59,133 nucleotides of DNA from a virus (Duplodnaviria > Caudoviricetes), in IMG/VR virus record IMGVR_UViG_3300037336_000152, positions 1-59,133 of that record; one strand, 5' to 3'. Under the pieces are notes generated by a model, which was given only the letters and a program-made list of their open reading frames with translations, did no database searches and was not told where the DNA came from. Within the stretch, counting starts at the first letter, position 1. Every line of letters starts with the position of its first letter. This document shows, one piece after another, positions 27,096-37,297 of this stretch. A program made the translations under genes and the position numbers.

Positions 27096-27862
27096 GCTTC
27101 CGCGTAGATGCGCCATGGATTGCCGACTCGTTCATTGTTGGCAACCAGGGCGGCGGCGTACTGGCCGAGGATCTAGCGACGACTGGCGACAGCGGCGATG
27201 GCTTTCTGTCCGCATGCGTCACGCTGCCCGCCGACAATGGCAAGGAAATTCGGGCGCTCATTACCTACGTGCCGCCCGGCCTGACGATGTATGCGTATGA
27301 GGATGGCAGTGTTATAGCGTCGGCAGCAGATGGCGCTTACGTCGCACGGTACGAGCTTTACGTTGACTACGCGCTGACCGGGCCAGAAACTAACCTGACA
27401 TTCACATTTGGCGACGTCTCGATTGCCGCAGCTTGGACTGAGGCCGCTGACAGTTTTGCAATGCAAGGGGCGGTCGAGGTATTGATCGGCGCAGCATGGA
27501 CCGAGGCCGAGGATATTTTCTCGGCTACCGGCAGCGTAGCAGATCAGGCGGTATCGGGCGCAGCAGCATGGACTGAAGCAGCCGATGTTTTTGCAATCGA
27601 GGCGACCGCACTTGGTCTGGAAATAGCCTTAGCGTGGACTGAGGCTGCGGATATCTGCGCCATTGCCGCGCACATGGACGGCGCTGAGATATTGGCGGCT
27701 ATTGCGTGGACTGAGGCTGCTGACTCCATGGCGATAGCGGCAACGAGGTACGCGAATGCGCCGCGCGGTAGCGGATACGCGCCGCAGCGCAGAGAGTCAA
27801 CGACCAGGCCGAGCAGCAGCAACACGTCGCGCCCCGAATCAACCCAGAGGAACAATCGATGA
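27092..27862 (+). CDS. Virion protein with five WTEAxD repeats
   Basis: Acidic, Ala-rich repeats spaced 21-24 aa; basic tail. Confidence 0.65.
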   Translation: MSFRVDAPWIADSFIVGNQGGGVLAEDLATTGDSGDGFLSACVTLPADNGKEIRALITYVPPGLTMYAYEDGSVIASAADGAYVARYELYVDYALTGPETNLTFTFGDVSIAAAWTEAADSFAMQGAVEVLIGAAWTEAEDIFSATGSVADQAVSGAAAWTEAADVFAIEATALGLEIALAWTEAADICAIAAHMDGAEILAAIAWTEAADSMAIAATRYANAPRGSGYAPQRRESTTRPSSSNTSRPESTQRNNR

Positions 27863-28401
27863 CCTACCGCTTGATCACGCCGCCAGTCAATATGGCGGTG
27901 TCGCTCGCTGACGCCCGTACCGCCGGCCGGCTGAATGGCACGGCGCTTGATACCGAGCTTGAAATGGTCGTGCGCGGGATCACTGAGGATGCAGAGCACG
28001 CTACGGGCCGCGCATTCATCACGCAGACGTGGCGCGTCACGCTCGACAGTTTCCCGGATGCGATCAGGCTCGCGGCATCGCCGGTCCAGTCGGTTGCGAG
28101 CGTTAAATATTTGGACGTGAGCGGAGTAGAGCAGACGCTTGACCCGCTAGATTACACGGTCGATCTGGTGAGCGAGCCTGCTTATATCGCGCCAGCGCCA
28201 GACCTCGCATGGCCGACAACTTACGACCGCATCAACGCGGTCTATGTTGATTTTGTATGCGGATATGGCTCCGCAGATACCGATGTCCCGAGCGGCGTCA
28301 AGTCATACATTTTGGCGAAAGTGGCCAGCCACTATGCGCCGGCCGGAACGCCGGAATTGGGATATTTCCCCCGATTGCTTGACCGGTACCGGGTGTACTG
28401 A
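27859..28401 (+). CDS. Head-tail connector (gp6-like)
   Basis: VSLADAR...AEHATGRAFITQTW...F..GYG...VP...LLDRYRV. Confidence 0.85.
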   Translation: MTYRLITPPVNMAVSLADARTAGRLNGTALDTELEMVVRGITEDAEHATGRAFITQTWRVTLDSFPDAIRLAASPVQSVASVKYLDVSGVEQTLDPLDYTVDLVSEPAYIAPAPDLAWPTTYDRINAVYVDFVCGYGSADTDVPSGVKSYILAKVASHYAPAGTPELGYFPRLLDRYRVY

Positions 28402-28745
28402 TGGCCATTCCATTCAAATGTGACGAGCTGGTGACGATTGAAAGCCCGCCAGCGATTGATCCGGCAACCGGTGAGCTTGGCGCGACCTGGACGATCGTCG
28501 CGGCGAACTATTGGGCGAACGCTCAGGACGTTCTGCCTAGCCGCTCGGAATCGGTCGAGCACGGCTTGCGCATTGGCGTGCTGCGGACCCGCCTGCGCAT
28601 GCGCGTAGATGACGCGATCACCGCGACTATGCGCGTCACGCTGCACAACAAGGGCGACAGGGTAATGCAAATTATCGCCGGGCCATCACTGCTTGATGAC
28701 CGCGAGCACATGGAATTCATGCTGGAGGCGTATTCGAATGGCTAA
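28401..28745 (+). CDS. Head closure / head-tail joining protein
   Basis: VTIE...D..TGE...W...WA...I.A.MRV. Confidence 0.8.
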   Translation: MAIPFKCDELVTIESPPAIDPATGELGATWTIVAANYWANAQDVLPSRSESVEHGLRIGVLRTRLRMRVDDAITATMRVTLHNKGDRVMQIIAGPSLLDDREHMEFMLEAYSNG

Positions 28746-29223
28746 TCAAAACATATCTGGCGGGCGCGAACTCGACGCGGCATTGCAGTCGTTATCCGTA
28801 AAAATTGAGAAGAACATTCTACGGTCAGCTTCACGTGCTGGCGTTAATGAATTCAAAGATGAGGTTAGATCCAATTTGGTATCAACCGGGTCCATTGAGT
28901 CAAATATGCTTTGGCGAAGTGTGCGAGTTTCATCGAAAGCCAAGGGCGGTAGGGTCACGGCATCCATAAAAATCGGCAATAAGAAGGCGTGGTACGGACA
29001 CCTTATTGAATTTGGCGTCAAAGCTCACGGCACAAAAAAAGGTGCCGACCGTGAGCGCGGGAAATATCAGGACGGGAAGTTGCACCCAGGCTTCAGCGAA
29101 AAGCCATTTGCCCGACCTGCATTTGACTCAAAGAGTGGCGCAGCACTTGCCGCTTTCGCCGCGCAAGTACGCAAGCGGCTTACGGCCGAGAACATCAACG
29201 TTCCAGCGCCGGAGGTGGAATGA
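28738..29223 (+). CDS. HK97 gp10-family tail completion protein
   Basis: G..EL...L..L...WYGHLIEFG...PFARPAFD. Confidence 0.85.
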   Translation: MANQNISGGRELDAALQSLSVKIEKNILRSASRAGVNEFKDEVRSNLVSTGSIESNMLWRSVRVSSKAKGGRVTASIKIGNKKAWYGHLIEFGVKAHGTKKGADRERGKYQDGKLHPGFSEKPFARPAFDSKSGAALAAFAAQVRKRLTAENINVPAPEVE

Positions 29224-29627
29224 GCGCCGTACAAGTGATCCGGTCGCTACTTACTGGTTCGGCCACGGTAGTAGCGATTTGCCCGGCGATACGGATCATC
29301 ATCGGGACAGTGCCGCAATCAACACCAATGCCCTCGCTGTCAATCTCGCATATCAGTACCGTTGCCATTTCGAGAATTGACGCGCAGGCCGAGTATGGGC
29401 TGGTCACAAGTCGGATTCAGGTCACGGCAATGGCTGGCAATTATTCTGCCGCCAAGGCATTGATTGATGCATCCAGAAAGGCTTGCAACTTCGGACGCGG
29501 GGAATTGGCTGGCGTCAGTGTTGTGAGCGTGGTGCGCGATACGGTTGGTCCCGATTTATCAAATGACGAAGCCACGATCCACTTTCAAACAATAGATTTC
29601 AAAGTCGCATATTTCGAACAGAACTAA
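29220..29627 (+). CDS. Tail terminator (DUF3168-like)
   Basis: P.....P..S.S.IS...SRIQV...A..Y..AKAL; position. Confidence 0.8.
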   Translation: MSAVQVIRSLLTGSATVVAICPAIRIIIGTVPQSTPMPSLSISHISTVAISRIDAQAEYGLVTSRIQVTAMAGNYSAAKALIDASRKACNFGRGELAGVSVVSVVRDTVGPDLSNDEATIHFQTIDFKVAYFEQN

Positions 29628-29705
29628 TTAAGCAAGTAAGTAAGTATTTTCAACCCAAACCGCAATGCATCCGCTTGCGGTTTTTTTTACGTCTAAAGGA
29701 ATTAT

Positions 29706-30917
29706 ATGGGCACCGCGAGCGGAATTTATAAGCAGGTCAAATACAAAGAGGAAGTCACATACGGCACCGTGCCAACGGCTACAGCCTCCCAGGCTATTCG
29801 CCGCGTCACATCGAATCTGGACATGACGAAAGAAACTTACCAGTCGGGCGAGATCCGTTCCGACTTCCAAATGGCCGACTTCCGGCATGGAACCCGCAAG
29901 GTTGGCGGCTCGATCAACGGCGAGTTGTCGGCCGGTACGTACAAAGACTTCATCGCCGCCGCGCTGAAGAAGTCGTTTGTGGCGACGGCTGCAATGTCCT
30001 CACTGTCGATCACGATTGCCGGAACCGCCGGCGCATGGACGATCGCACGGGGCACAGGATCATTTCTCACGGATGGGGTAAAAATCGGCGACGTTGTGGC
30101 ATTGACTGCCGGGGCATTTAATGCAGCCAACCTCAACAAGAACATCATGGTCACCAATGTGACTGCGCTTACTCTGACCGGCCTGGTATTGAATGCGTCC
30201 GTGCTGGTTGCGGAGGGGCCAATTGCATCTGCATCACTGACGGTGCGCGGGAAAAAATCTCTCATTCCACAAACTGGCCACACGGACAAGTCGTACTCGA
30301 TTGAGCAATGGTACCCGGAAGTTCCGACGAGCGAGACATTCACCGGATGCAAGGTGTCGAAGCTTTCGTTTGGCCTTCCACCTTCCGGGATGGCGACAAT
30401 CGGCGTCGACTTCATGGGCAAGGACTCCGTGACTTCGGCTAGCGAATACTTCACCGCTCCGACGGCTGCGACCTCGACCGGCATTATGGCTGCTGTCAAC
30501 GGCGTTTTGCGCGTCGGCGGCGTCACCGTGGCGAACGTGACCGGGCTGACCATTGACGTGGATGCGGCGCAAAGCGGCGAGCCGACTGTCGGCAGCAACA
30601 CTGTGGCATTCCAGGCTGCCGGCCGCGTGATCGTAACCGGGCAGATTACCGCGACGTTTGACTCCACGACTCTGCGCGATGCGTTTTATGGCGAGACTGA
30701 AATCAGCCTGTACGCGGCATTCACCGCAGACAACACGGCGCTTTCCGATTTCATCGGCTTCAACATCCCGCGCATCAAAGTCGGCGGCGCGTCGAAGGAC
30801 GATGGCGAGAAAACCATCACGCAGACATTCCCGTTCCAGGCGCTGCTGAACACCTCCGGCGGTGCGGCCCTGTCCACCGACATGACCACCATTTCCATTC
30901 AAGACTCGGCTGCATAA
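29706..30917 (+). CDS. Major tail tube protein with inserted domain
   Basis: Y..E.TYG..P...SGEIR.D.Q..D.R.G...VGG.I.GELS. Confidence 0.9.
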   Translation: MGTASGIYKQVKYKEEVTYGTVPTATASQAIRRVTSNLDMTKETYQSGEIRSDFQMADFRHGTRKVGGSINGELSAGTYKDFIAAALKKSFVATAAMSSLSITIAGTAGAWTIARGTGSFLTDGVKIGDVVALTAGAFNAANLNKNIMVTNVTALTLTGLVLNASVLVAEGPIASASLTVRGKKSLIPQTGHTDKSYSIEQWYPEVPTSETFTGCKVSKLSFGLPPSGMATIGVDFMGKDSVTSASEYFTAPTAATSTGIMAAVNGVLRVGGVTVANVTGLTIDVDAAQSGEPTVGSNTVAFQAAGRVIVTGQITATFDSTTLRDAFYGETEISLYAAFTADNTALSDFIGFNIPRIKVGGASKDDGEKTITQTFPFQALLNTSGGAALSTDMTTISIQDSAA

Positions 30918-31016
30918 ATCCCAGCCATAACCGGCACCGAGCGGTCCAGTGTCGCCCTTTCGCGGGGCGCGCTGGATCGTCACGGGCATTTTTAAACCAC
31001 CCGCGAAAGTACAAAT

Positions 31017-31466
31017 ATGAACACCGAAAAAGACGTAAGCAATCTGGCATTCAAGTTGATCACCAACCTCGACATCGACGCATACGAAGATGTTCCGACC
31101 GGCAAATTGATCATCCTGGACCCGAAGACCCAGGCTCCAACCAGTTCATTTATTGAGCTGGCAAGCCCGGAGCACGAGTCGCGCAAGCGCCTTGACCTGA
31201 CCCGCACGCGGGCATTGCGGGCCGAGTATGCCAATACCGGAAAGATGCCGAGCACTGACCCTATTGACGACATCGAAGACGAAACGAACTATCTCGTCGC
31301 CGCGACGTTGAGCTGGAATATCACTCAGGGTGGCGAACCTCTGGAATTCACTCCTGCCGCCGCTCGCAAGCTCTACACCGACCCGAAAAAGCAATGGCTT
31401 CGCGCCCAGGCGCTTGTTGGCCTGCGTAAAACAGAGCTTTTTATCAAAACCTCCGCAAAGGCCTAG
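31017..31466 (+). CDS. Tail assembly chaperone (G)
   Basis: LVAATLSWN...LEFTPAAARKLY...WLR.Q. Confidence 0.85.
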   Translation: MNTEKDVSNLAFKLITNLDIDAYEDVPTGKLIILDPKTQAPTSSFIELASPEHESRKRLDLTRTRALRAEYANTGKMPSTDPIDDIEDETNYLVAATLSWNITQGGEPLEFTPAAARKLYTDPKKQWLRAQALVGLRKTELFIKTSAKA

Positions 31467-31786
31467 CGGAGAGCTGCCGCGCCGAGTTTGAACTCTCGGC
31501 GCGGCAAGGTGATGGCGCCAGTCTGAGGACTCACCTCCAGAGGCTAGCGAAGAACACAGGCAAAGCTGACCCGCGCCTATCCATCGAGTGGCCGAAGCTA
31601 GGTCAGCCGATATGGGACGTTTTTTGCCGGCTCGGTCGCCCTGCTTCGATGAATGGCATGGAGGCGATTACCAATCAGGAAATCGCCGCCTATCAGTCTG
31701 TTCGCCGCGTCACTCTCACCGAATGGGAGCTTGACGTGATCGCGATGTTTGACCGTATCGCCCTTGAAATATCGAATAAAAAATAA
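31437..31786 (+). CDS. Tail assembly chaperone GT extension via -1 frameshift
   Basis: CTT TTT at 31437-31442; -1 frame open to TAA 31786 (…IWDVFCRL…GMEAITNQEIAAY…LTEWELDVIAMFD); no good own start. Confidence 0.75.
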
Positions 31787-31795
31787 AGGAAGCTC

Positions 31796-34700
31796 ATGAT
31801 CGTCGGAGATATGGAAATCCGCCTTCGCGCGGATATCGCTCGATTGCAACGCGACATGGACTCTGGCCGCCGCGTGGTCAATGACGCCAGTGCGAGCATG
31901 AGCCGCGCAGCCGACCGGATCAAGACGGCATTTGCCGGTATCGCTGCTGGTATTGGGCTGTCTCAAATCATCTCGATGACTGACCAGTACGCGAAATTCA
32001 CAGCGCAGCTGCGCCTTGCCTCAACATCAGCGCGCGAGTACGCTGCGGCCTATGCTGATGTAAAGCGAATCTCTACCGCTGCGCAACAGGACTTGCAGGC
32101 TACCGGCGTGCTGTACGCCCGGATAGCCAACGGCACGCGAGAACTAGGCACCACGCAAAAGCAAGTGGCCGCGATCACCGAAACCGTCAACATGGCGCTC
32201 AAGGTTTCGGGCGCCACGGCGGCTGAATCCGCATCTGCGCAACTCCAGCTTTCCCAGGCATTCGCATCTGGCACGCTCAGGGGCGAGGAATTCAACGCGG
32301 TCAACGAGGCCGCGCCGCGCCTGATGCTCGCCCTTGCCGATGGCATTGGCGTTCCTGTGGGCGCGCTAAAGAAAATGGCTGAGAATGGCCTAATCACGTC
32401 CAAAATTATGTCTGACGTGCTTCCGAACGCGCTTGAGAAGCTGCGCGAAGAAGCCAAGGAAGTGCAGACCATCGCCGGGGCATTTACTGTCCTCAAAAAC
32501 AACATGATGGAGTTCGTCGGGGTGCAGTCGAATGCAAGCGGGGCTGTATCGGCGATGACCGGCGCGATTGGACTCCTGGCCAATAATCTGACCCTGCTTG
32601 CCGGCGCAATGCTTACCGTTATGGCTGCGAAACTTGGCTCGTTTCTCGGTGCTTCGGTCGCGAAAACTTATGAGAGCGTGGCATCGAATCGCGCACTTGT
32701 GGCGGCCAATCTCGCAACAGCGAATTCTCAAGTTGCGGCAACATCGGCAATTGCATCAACAACGGCAGCTCGCCTTGCCGAACTTCGCGCTGTAGTACTG
32801 GCTGCGCCAGCGACTGATCGACTTTTCCTGGCCACTACGGCACTCATACCAGCGCAAGGCCGCGCCGCCGCCGCCGCGACTGCGCACGCCGCAGCGCTCC
32901 GCGTGCAGTCGCTGGCAATGGGTCAAGCATCTATTGCTGGAGGCATCTTGCGTGGGGCCGTGGCGTTCCTTGGCGGCCCAGTCGGCGCGATCATCACACT
33001 GCTTGGAGCTGGCGCTATCGCATGGAGCATTTGGGGCGACAAAGGAAGCGAGGCTGAGAAGAAGGTCGTTGACACGCTGGCTAATGAGATTGATGACTAT
33101 CTAGCGAACCTGAACAGGCAAATCGAAAAACTCAAGGAGCGCAACGAGCTGGCCGGGAAGGGCATGGTTTCTGCTGCCGCTCCTGAGAGTGATTACGACA
33201 AGAAGCGCGAAAAGATCATGGCCGAAATTAACCGAATCGGCAACCAGGCTGATCTCAATGTCGCGGCCAAAACTGAGATTTTGAAAGTATGGGGCGGGAA
33301 GCTCAATCAATTAACCATTGATATGCAAGCACTCAATGTCGCCCAGCAAAAAAACAAGGATCTTACGTTTTCCGGCAAAGAGGCAGATTGGCTTGGAAAG
33401 TACGGGACTGCCGCGCAAAAAACGGCGTACGAACTTGACGCTTTGCGCAAGGAATTTGGTAGAGTGACGCCCGCTATGGAGGCTCATGTAAAAAGCAAAT
33501 ACGCGGACAAGGGCGCGGCCACTGCCATCAATCAAGAGGCATCTGCCTACAAAAATCTTGTCGCCTCCATTGGTGAAAAGATCGCAGCCAACAAGCTCGA
33601 AATGAGCGGATACAACAAGCTTAACGATGCTCAGAAAATGACGATCAAGCTCGATGAGTCCATTGCATCAGGCAAGAACAAATTGAGCAAGGAGAGTATC
33701 GAGTCCGTGCGCGTGATGATCGCCACTGTGGCCGATCAGGATGCGTCGATCAGATCCGCCAATGACCACAAGAAATTGATGGATGACGCTTTGGCGAGCA
33801 CTGATAAGATCGTCGATGCCATCGACGAACAGACCCGCGCCCTGCAATTCAAGATCAAGACCTACGGCCTTTTGCCGTCCGCAATTACCGCTGTCCAGAT
33901 CGCCGAGCTGGAAGCGTCGCAGCAGTCGCTTGCCCTGAGTGATGCGGGCGTGGCAGACATCCAGCGCAAGATTGACGCGCTCAAGGGCCTGGCAAGCGCG
34001 CAAGCTGCTGCTGGCGCACTCGAAACCAATCCAGGTCTCACCCGCGCCAAAGAACTACTCGATGTCATGGCCCAGATCGACGAGGTGACGAAATCGGCAG
34101 CTGCTGGCATGGCCGAGTCATTTGGCAAAGTTGGCTCTGCCATCGGCGGCTTGACGACCGCGCTTTCAGGTTACGGTCGCGCGCAGGCTGCAATTGCCGC
34201 GCAACTGGCGGCCGCAACGAAGGATGCAGGCGGCGACACTTCAAAGATCGCCAAGGCGAACACGCTCGCGGCGCATCAGTCGGCACAGGCACAGGTGCGC
34301 TCATACGGCGATATGGCCAGCGCCGCCAAGGGCTTTTTCAAAGAGAACACGGCCGGCTACAAAGTCATGGAGGGCGTCGAGAAGGCGTACCGCGCTACTG
34401 AAATGGCGATGGCAATCGAAACCATGATTACCAAGAGTGGCATTCTTACCGCGTTCACCGGCATGTTTGTGGCGAGCAAGGCGACGGAGGCGGCGGCAGA
34501 GGTTGGCGCAACTGGCGTATCAGTCGCAGCTGCGGGCACTCAGTCAAGCGCATGGGGCATCACGGCTGTCGTCAAAGCGCTGGCATCCCTGCCATTCCCC
34601 GCCAACCTTGCGGCGGGCGCGGCCACTCTCGCGGCTGTGGTTGCCATTGGCGCCAAAATGATCGGGGGTATTGGCGGCGGTGGAGGCGGCGGCCAGTCCG

Positions 34701-37297
34701 CAGCCGACGCGCAGAAGGCGCAGGGCACTGGCGGCGTGTTCGGTGATGCAGATGCCAAGTCGGCATCGATTGCCAAATCTATCGAACTGCTCGAAAAGAA
34801 CTCGGGCAGCCTGATCCCGCTGAATCGCGGCATGCTCTCGGCACTTCGCGCTATCGAAGCGTCGATGTCTGGGCTGACGAATATTCTCGTCCGAACGCCA
34901 GGTGTGATTGATGGCTCGAATCTTGGCATCCAAGAGGGAGTTCTGGCGAAAAGCAAGGGGCGCTCCGGGGTAGGTATGGCCGCTGGCGCTGCGGCTGGCG
35001 CGGGCTATGGCGCTACTGCCGGCGCAATTCTAGGGCCGCTTGGCGTTGCCATCGGCGCGGTCGGCGGCGCATTGCTCGGGGCCGCTGTCGGCCAGCTAAT
35101 GAAACTCTGGGGCAAGACCACGCAAAAAATCGTGGACTCTGGCATACAGTTTGGCGGCAGTGTGCGCGGCTTGCAAGCAGGCCAAGGGATCAATCAATAC
35201 GCCAGCGTGGATACGACGAAATCGAGCTGGTTCGGCCTATCGAAGAAAACGACGAACTCGATGCAGACCGCAGGCTTGAGCAATGAATTGACCGCTCAAT
35301 TTGGCCTGATCTTCACCAATGTTGAAAATGCTTTGGCCGAGGCTGCCGGCGCTATCGGAATCGGCTCTGGTCAAATCACGTCCGCACTCGACGCGCTGAC
35401 CATCGACATGACCAGTATTTCGCTCAAGGGGTTGACCGGCACGGCGCTGACAGATGCGCTCAATGCCGTGATCAGCAAGACGACTGACGAGATGGCGCAG
35501 GCTGCAATCCCCGGAATGGACGCGTTCCGGCAAGTGGGCGAGGGCTACGCGCAAACCGTGATCCGAATCGCGTCGAACTATGCGCAACTGGACGTCGCGC
35601 TGTCGTCCATCGGCATAACCTTTGGCGCGGTTGGCGTCAACTCTCTGGCGGCGCGCGAAAAATTGATTGAACTTTCTGGCGGTATTGATGCGCTGGCGCA
35701 GAACGTCGCATCGTTCGCTGAGAACTTCTTGACCGAAGCCGAGCGCCTGGCTCCAGTACAGAAGTACGTTACCGAGGAACTGGCGCGCATGGGTTACGCC
35801 GGCGTCACGACGCGCGATCAGTTTAAAGACGTGGCCATGGGTCTAAATCTCGCCACGGCCAAAGGCGCGGAACACTTCGCTGGTCTGATGTCCCTGCAAG
35901 CCGCTTTCGCCATGGTCACGCCAGCAATCGACCACGCTGCCATCGCAGCTGCCAATCTTGCAAAGGCGGAGCAAGAGCGAACAGCCGCAATTGAGGCGCA
36001 AGCAGCGGTACTGGCTGCGCAAGCTGCAGCGCTCCAGGCGACGCGGGACGATGCCGCCAATCTGCTGTCTGGTGTTGATGCGGCTTTCGGTGTTTTGCAG
36101 CGCGTGATCAATGCCGAGAAATCGAAAATCAACGAGGCTCACGCGCTGACGATGAAGAATCTGGGCGAGCGCATTACTACTGAGACTGCGGCAGTCGCAA
36201 AGCACAAATCGTTAGCCGATTCGATCAACAATTCGCTCGAGCAGATGCGCGCAGATAGCATTGGCACAGGTGCGCGCGCCGATGCTCAATCGCAGATCAA
36301 AATGATGCTGGCCATCGCGCGGTCGGGCGGTCCATTGCCGACATCGGACGCGCTCAAAGGCCCGCTCTCGGCGCTGTCCAAAGACGCATCGGGCCAGTTC
36401 GCCACTCTGGTCGATATGCAGCGTGACGCGGCTCGATCCCACAACGATCTGGCCGAATTGGGCGCACTCACCGACAAGGCGCTCTCGGTCGAGGAACGAG
36501 CACTGGCAGCGCTCGAAAGCCAGCGCGACAATGCGCAGCTCGCACACGCGGCCGAGATCGCGCGGCTCGATGGAATCGTTGCGCAGGCGCAGACTGAGAT
36601 TGACATCATGCGCGGAATGGATGTTTCCCTGCTGACCATTGCGGGCGCCATGGCGGGCCTGCAATTGGCACTCCTGGCCGCGATGAAAAACCCGATCAAC
36701 GCATCGACCGGAGCGATCACGAGCGCATACCAGACGTCACTTGGCCGCGCGCCAGAGGCTGCTGGATTGAAATACTGGCAGGACGCAGCTGCTGGCGGCA
36801 TGGGCAATTCTGAGATTGAAAAGCTGATCGCCAACTCGTCGGAAGCTAAGGTGCAATCGCTGTTCAAGTCGGTGCTCGGTCGCTCGGGCGATGCTGCTGG
36901 TCTTGACTACTGGACGCAGCAAATGAACTCCGGCCTATCCGTCGATGCTGCGCGTCAGATGTTCATGCAGTCGGACGAGTACAAGCGGCGCCAAGGAATT
37001 CCGGGCTTTGCTGTCGGCATCAATCGAGTGCCGTTTGATATGCCGGCGATGATCCACAAAGATGAGGCGGTCATTCCCGCCTCGTTCAATCCGTTCAATC
37101 CTAATGCGCGGCCGGCGATTGCGGGCGGCGACACGCAGCGCCTTGAGCGGCTGGTTGAAGCGCTGACCGCTGAAGTGTCGCAGCTTCGTAAGGACAACAG
37201 CGCCGAGAACATCGCAATCGCTAAAAACACGCTGACCGTAGCCGACATTCAAGAGAAGCAAGAGGCCATCGGCCTGCCAGCAGAAAGGGCTGCATGA
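31796..37297 (+). CDS. Tape measure protein with C-terminal DUF4214-like repeats
   Basis: QLSQAFASGTLRGEEFNAVNE tape-measure domain; Ala-rich helical; AYQTSLGRAPEAAGLKYW / LFKSVLGRSGDAAGLDYW. Confidence 0.95.
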   Translation: MIVGDMEIRLRADIARLQRDMDSGRRVVNDASASMSRAADRIKTAFAGIAAGIGLSQIISMTDQYAKFTAQLRLASTSAREYAAAYADVKRISTAAQQDLQATGVLYARIANGTRELGTTQKQVAAITETVNMALKVSGATAAESASAQLQLSQAFASGTLRGEEFNAVNEAAPRLMLALADGIGVPVGALKKMAENGLITSKIMSDVLPNALEKLREEAKEVQTIAGAFTVLKNNMMEFVGVQSNASGAVSAMTGAIGLLANNLTLLAGAMLTVMAAKLGSFLGASVAKTYESVASNRALVAANLATANSQVAATSAIASTTAARLAELRAVVLAAPATDRLFLATTALIPAQGRAAAAATAHAAALRVQSLAMGQASIAGGILRGAVAFLGGPVGAIITLLGAGAIAWSIWGDKGSEAEKKVVDTLANEIDDYLANLNRQIEKLKERNELAGKGMVSAAAPESDYDKKREKIMAEINRIGNQADLNVAAKTEILKVWGGKLNQLTIDMQALNVAQQKNKDLTFSGKEADWLGKYGTAAQKTAYELDALRKEFGRVTPAMEAHVKSKYADKGAATAINQEASAYKNLVASIGEKIAANKLEMSGYNKLNDAQKMTIKLDESIASGKNKLSKESIESVRVMIATVADQDASIRSANDHKKLMDDALASTDKIVDAIDEQTRALQFKIKTYGLLPSAITAVQIAELEASQQSLALSDAGVADIQRKIDALKGLASAQAAAGALETNPGLTRAKELLDVMAQIDEVTKSAAAGMAESFGKVGSAIGGLTTALSGYGRAQAAIAAQLAAATKDAGGDTSKIAKANTLAAHQSAQAQVRSYGDMASAAKGFFKENTAGYKVMEGVEKAYRATEMAMAIETMITKSGILTAFTGMFVASKATEAAAEVGATGVSVAAAGTQSSAWGITAVVKALASLPFPANLAAGAATLAAVVAIGAKMIGGIGGGGGGGQSAADAQKAQGTGGVFGDADAKSASIAKSIELLEKNSGSLIPLNRGMLSALRAIEASMSGLTNILVRTPGVIDGSNLGIQEGVLAKSKGRSGVGMAAGAAAGAGYGATAGAILGPLGVAIGAVGGALLGAAVGQLMKLWGKTTQKIVDSGIQFGGSVRGLQAGQGINQYASVDTTKSSWFGLSKKTTNSMQTAGLSNELTAQFGLIFTNVENALAEAAGAIGIGSGQITSALDALTIDMTSISLKGLTGTALTDALNAVISKTTDEMAQAAIPGMDAFRQVGEGYAQTVIRIASNYAQLDVALSSIGITFGAVGVNSLAAREKLIELSGGIDALAQNVASFAENFLTEAERLAPVQKYVTEELARMGYAGVTTRDQFKDVAMGLNLATAKGAEHFAGLMSLQAAFAMVTPAIDHAAIAAANLAKAEQERTAAIEAQAAVLAAQAAALQATRDDAANLLSGVDAAFGVLQRVINAEKSKINEAHALTMKNLGERITTETAAVAKHKSLADSINNSLEQMRADSIGTGARADAQSQIKMMLAIARSGGPLPTSDALKGPLSALSKDASGQFATLVDMQRDAARSHNDLAELGALTDKALSVEERALAALESQRDNAQLAHAAEIARLDGIVAQAQTEIDIMRGMDVSLLTIAGAMAGLQLALLAAMKNPINASTGAITSAYQTSLGRAPEAAGLKYWQDAAAGGMGNSEIEKLIANSSEAKVQSLFKSVLGRSGDAAGLDYWTQQMNSGLSVDAARQMFMQSDEYKRRQGIPGFAVGINRVPFDMPAMIHKDEAVIPASFNPFNPNARPAIAGGDTQRLERLVEALTAEVSQLRKDNSAENIAIAKNTLTVADIQEKQEAIGLPAERAA

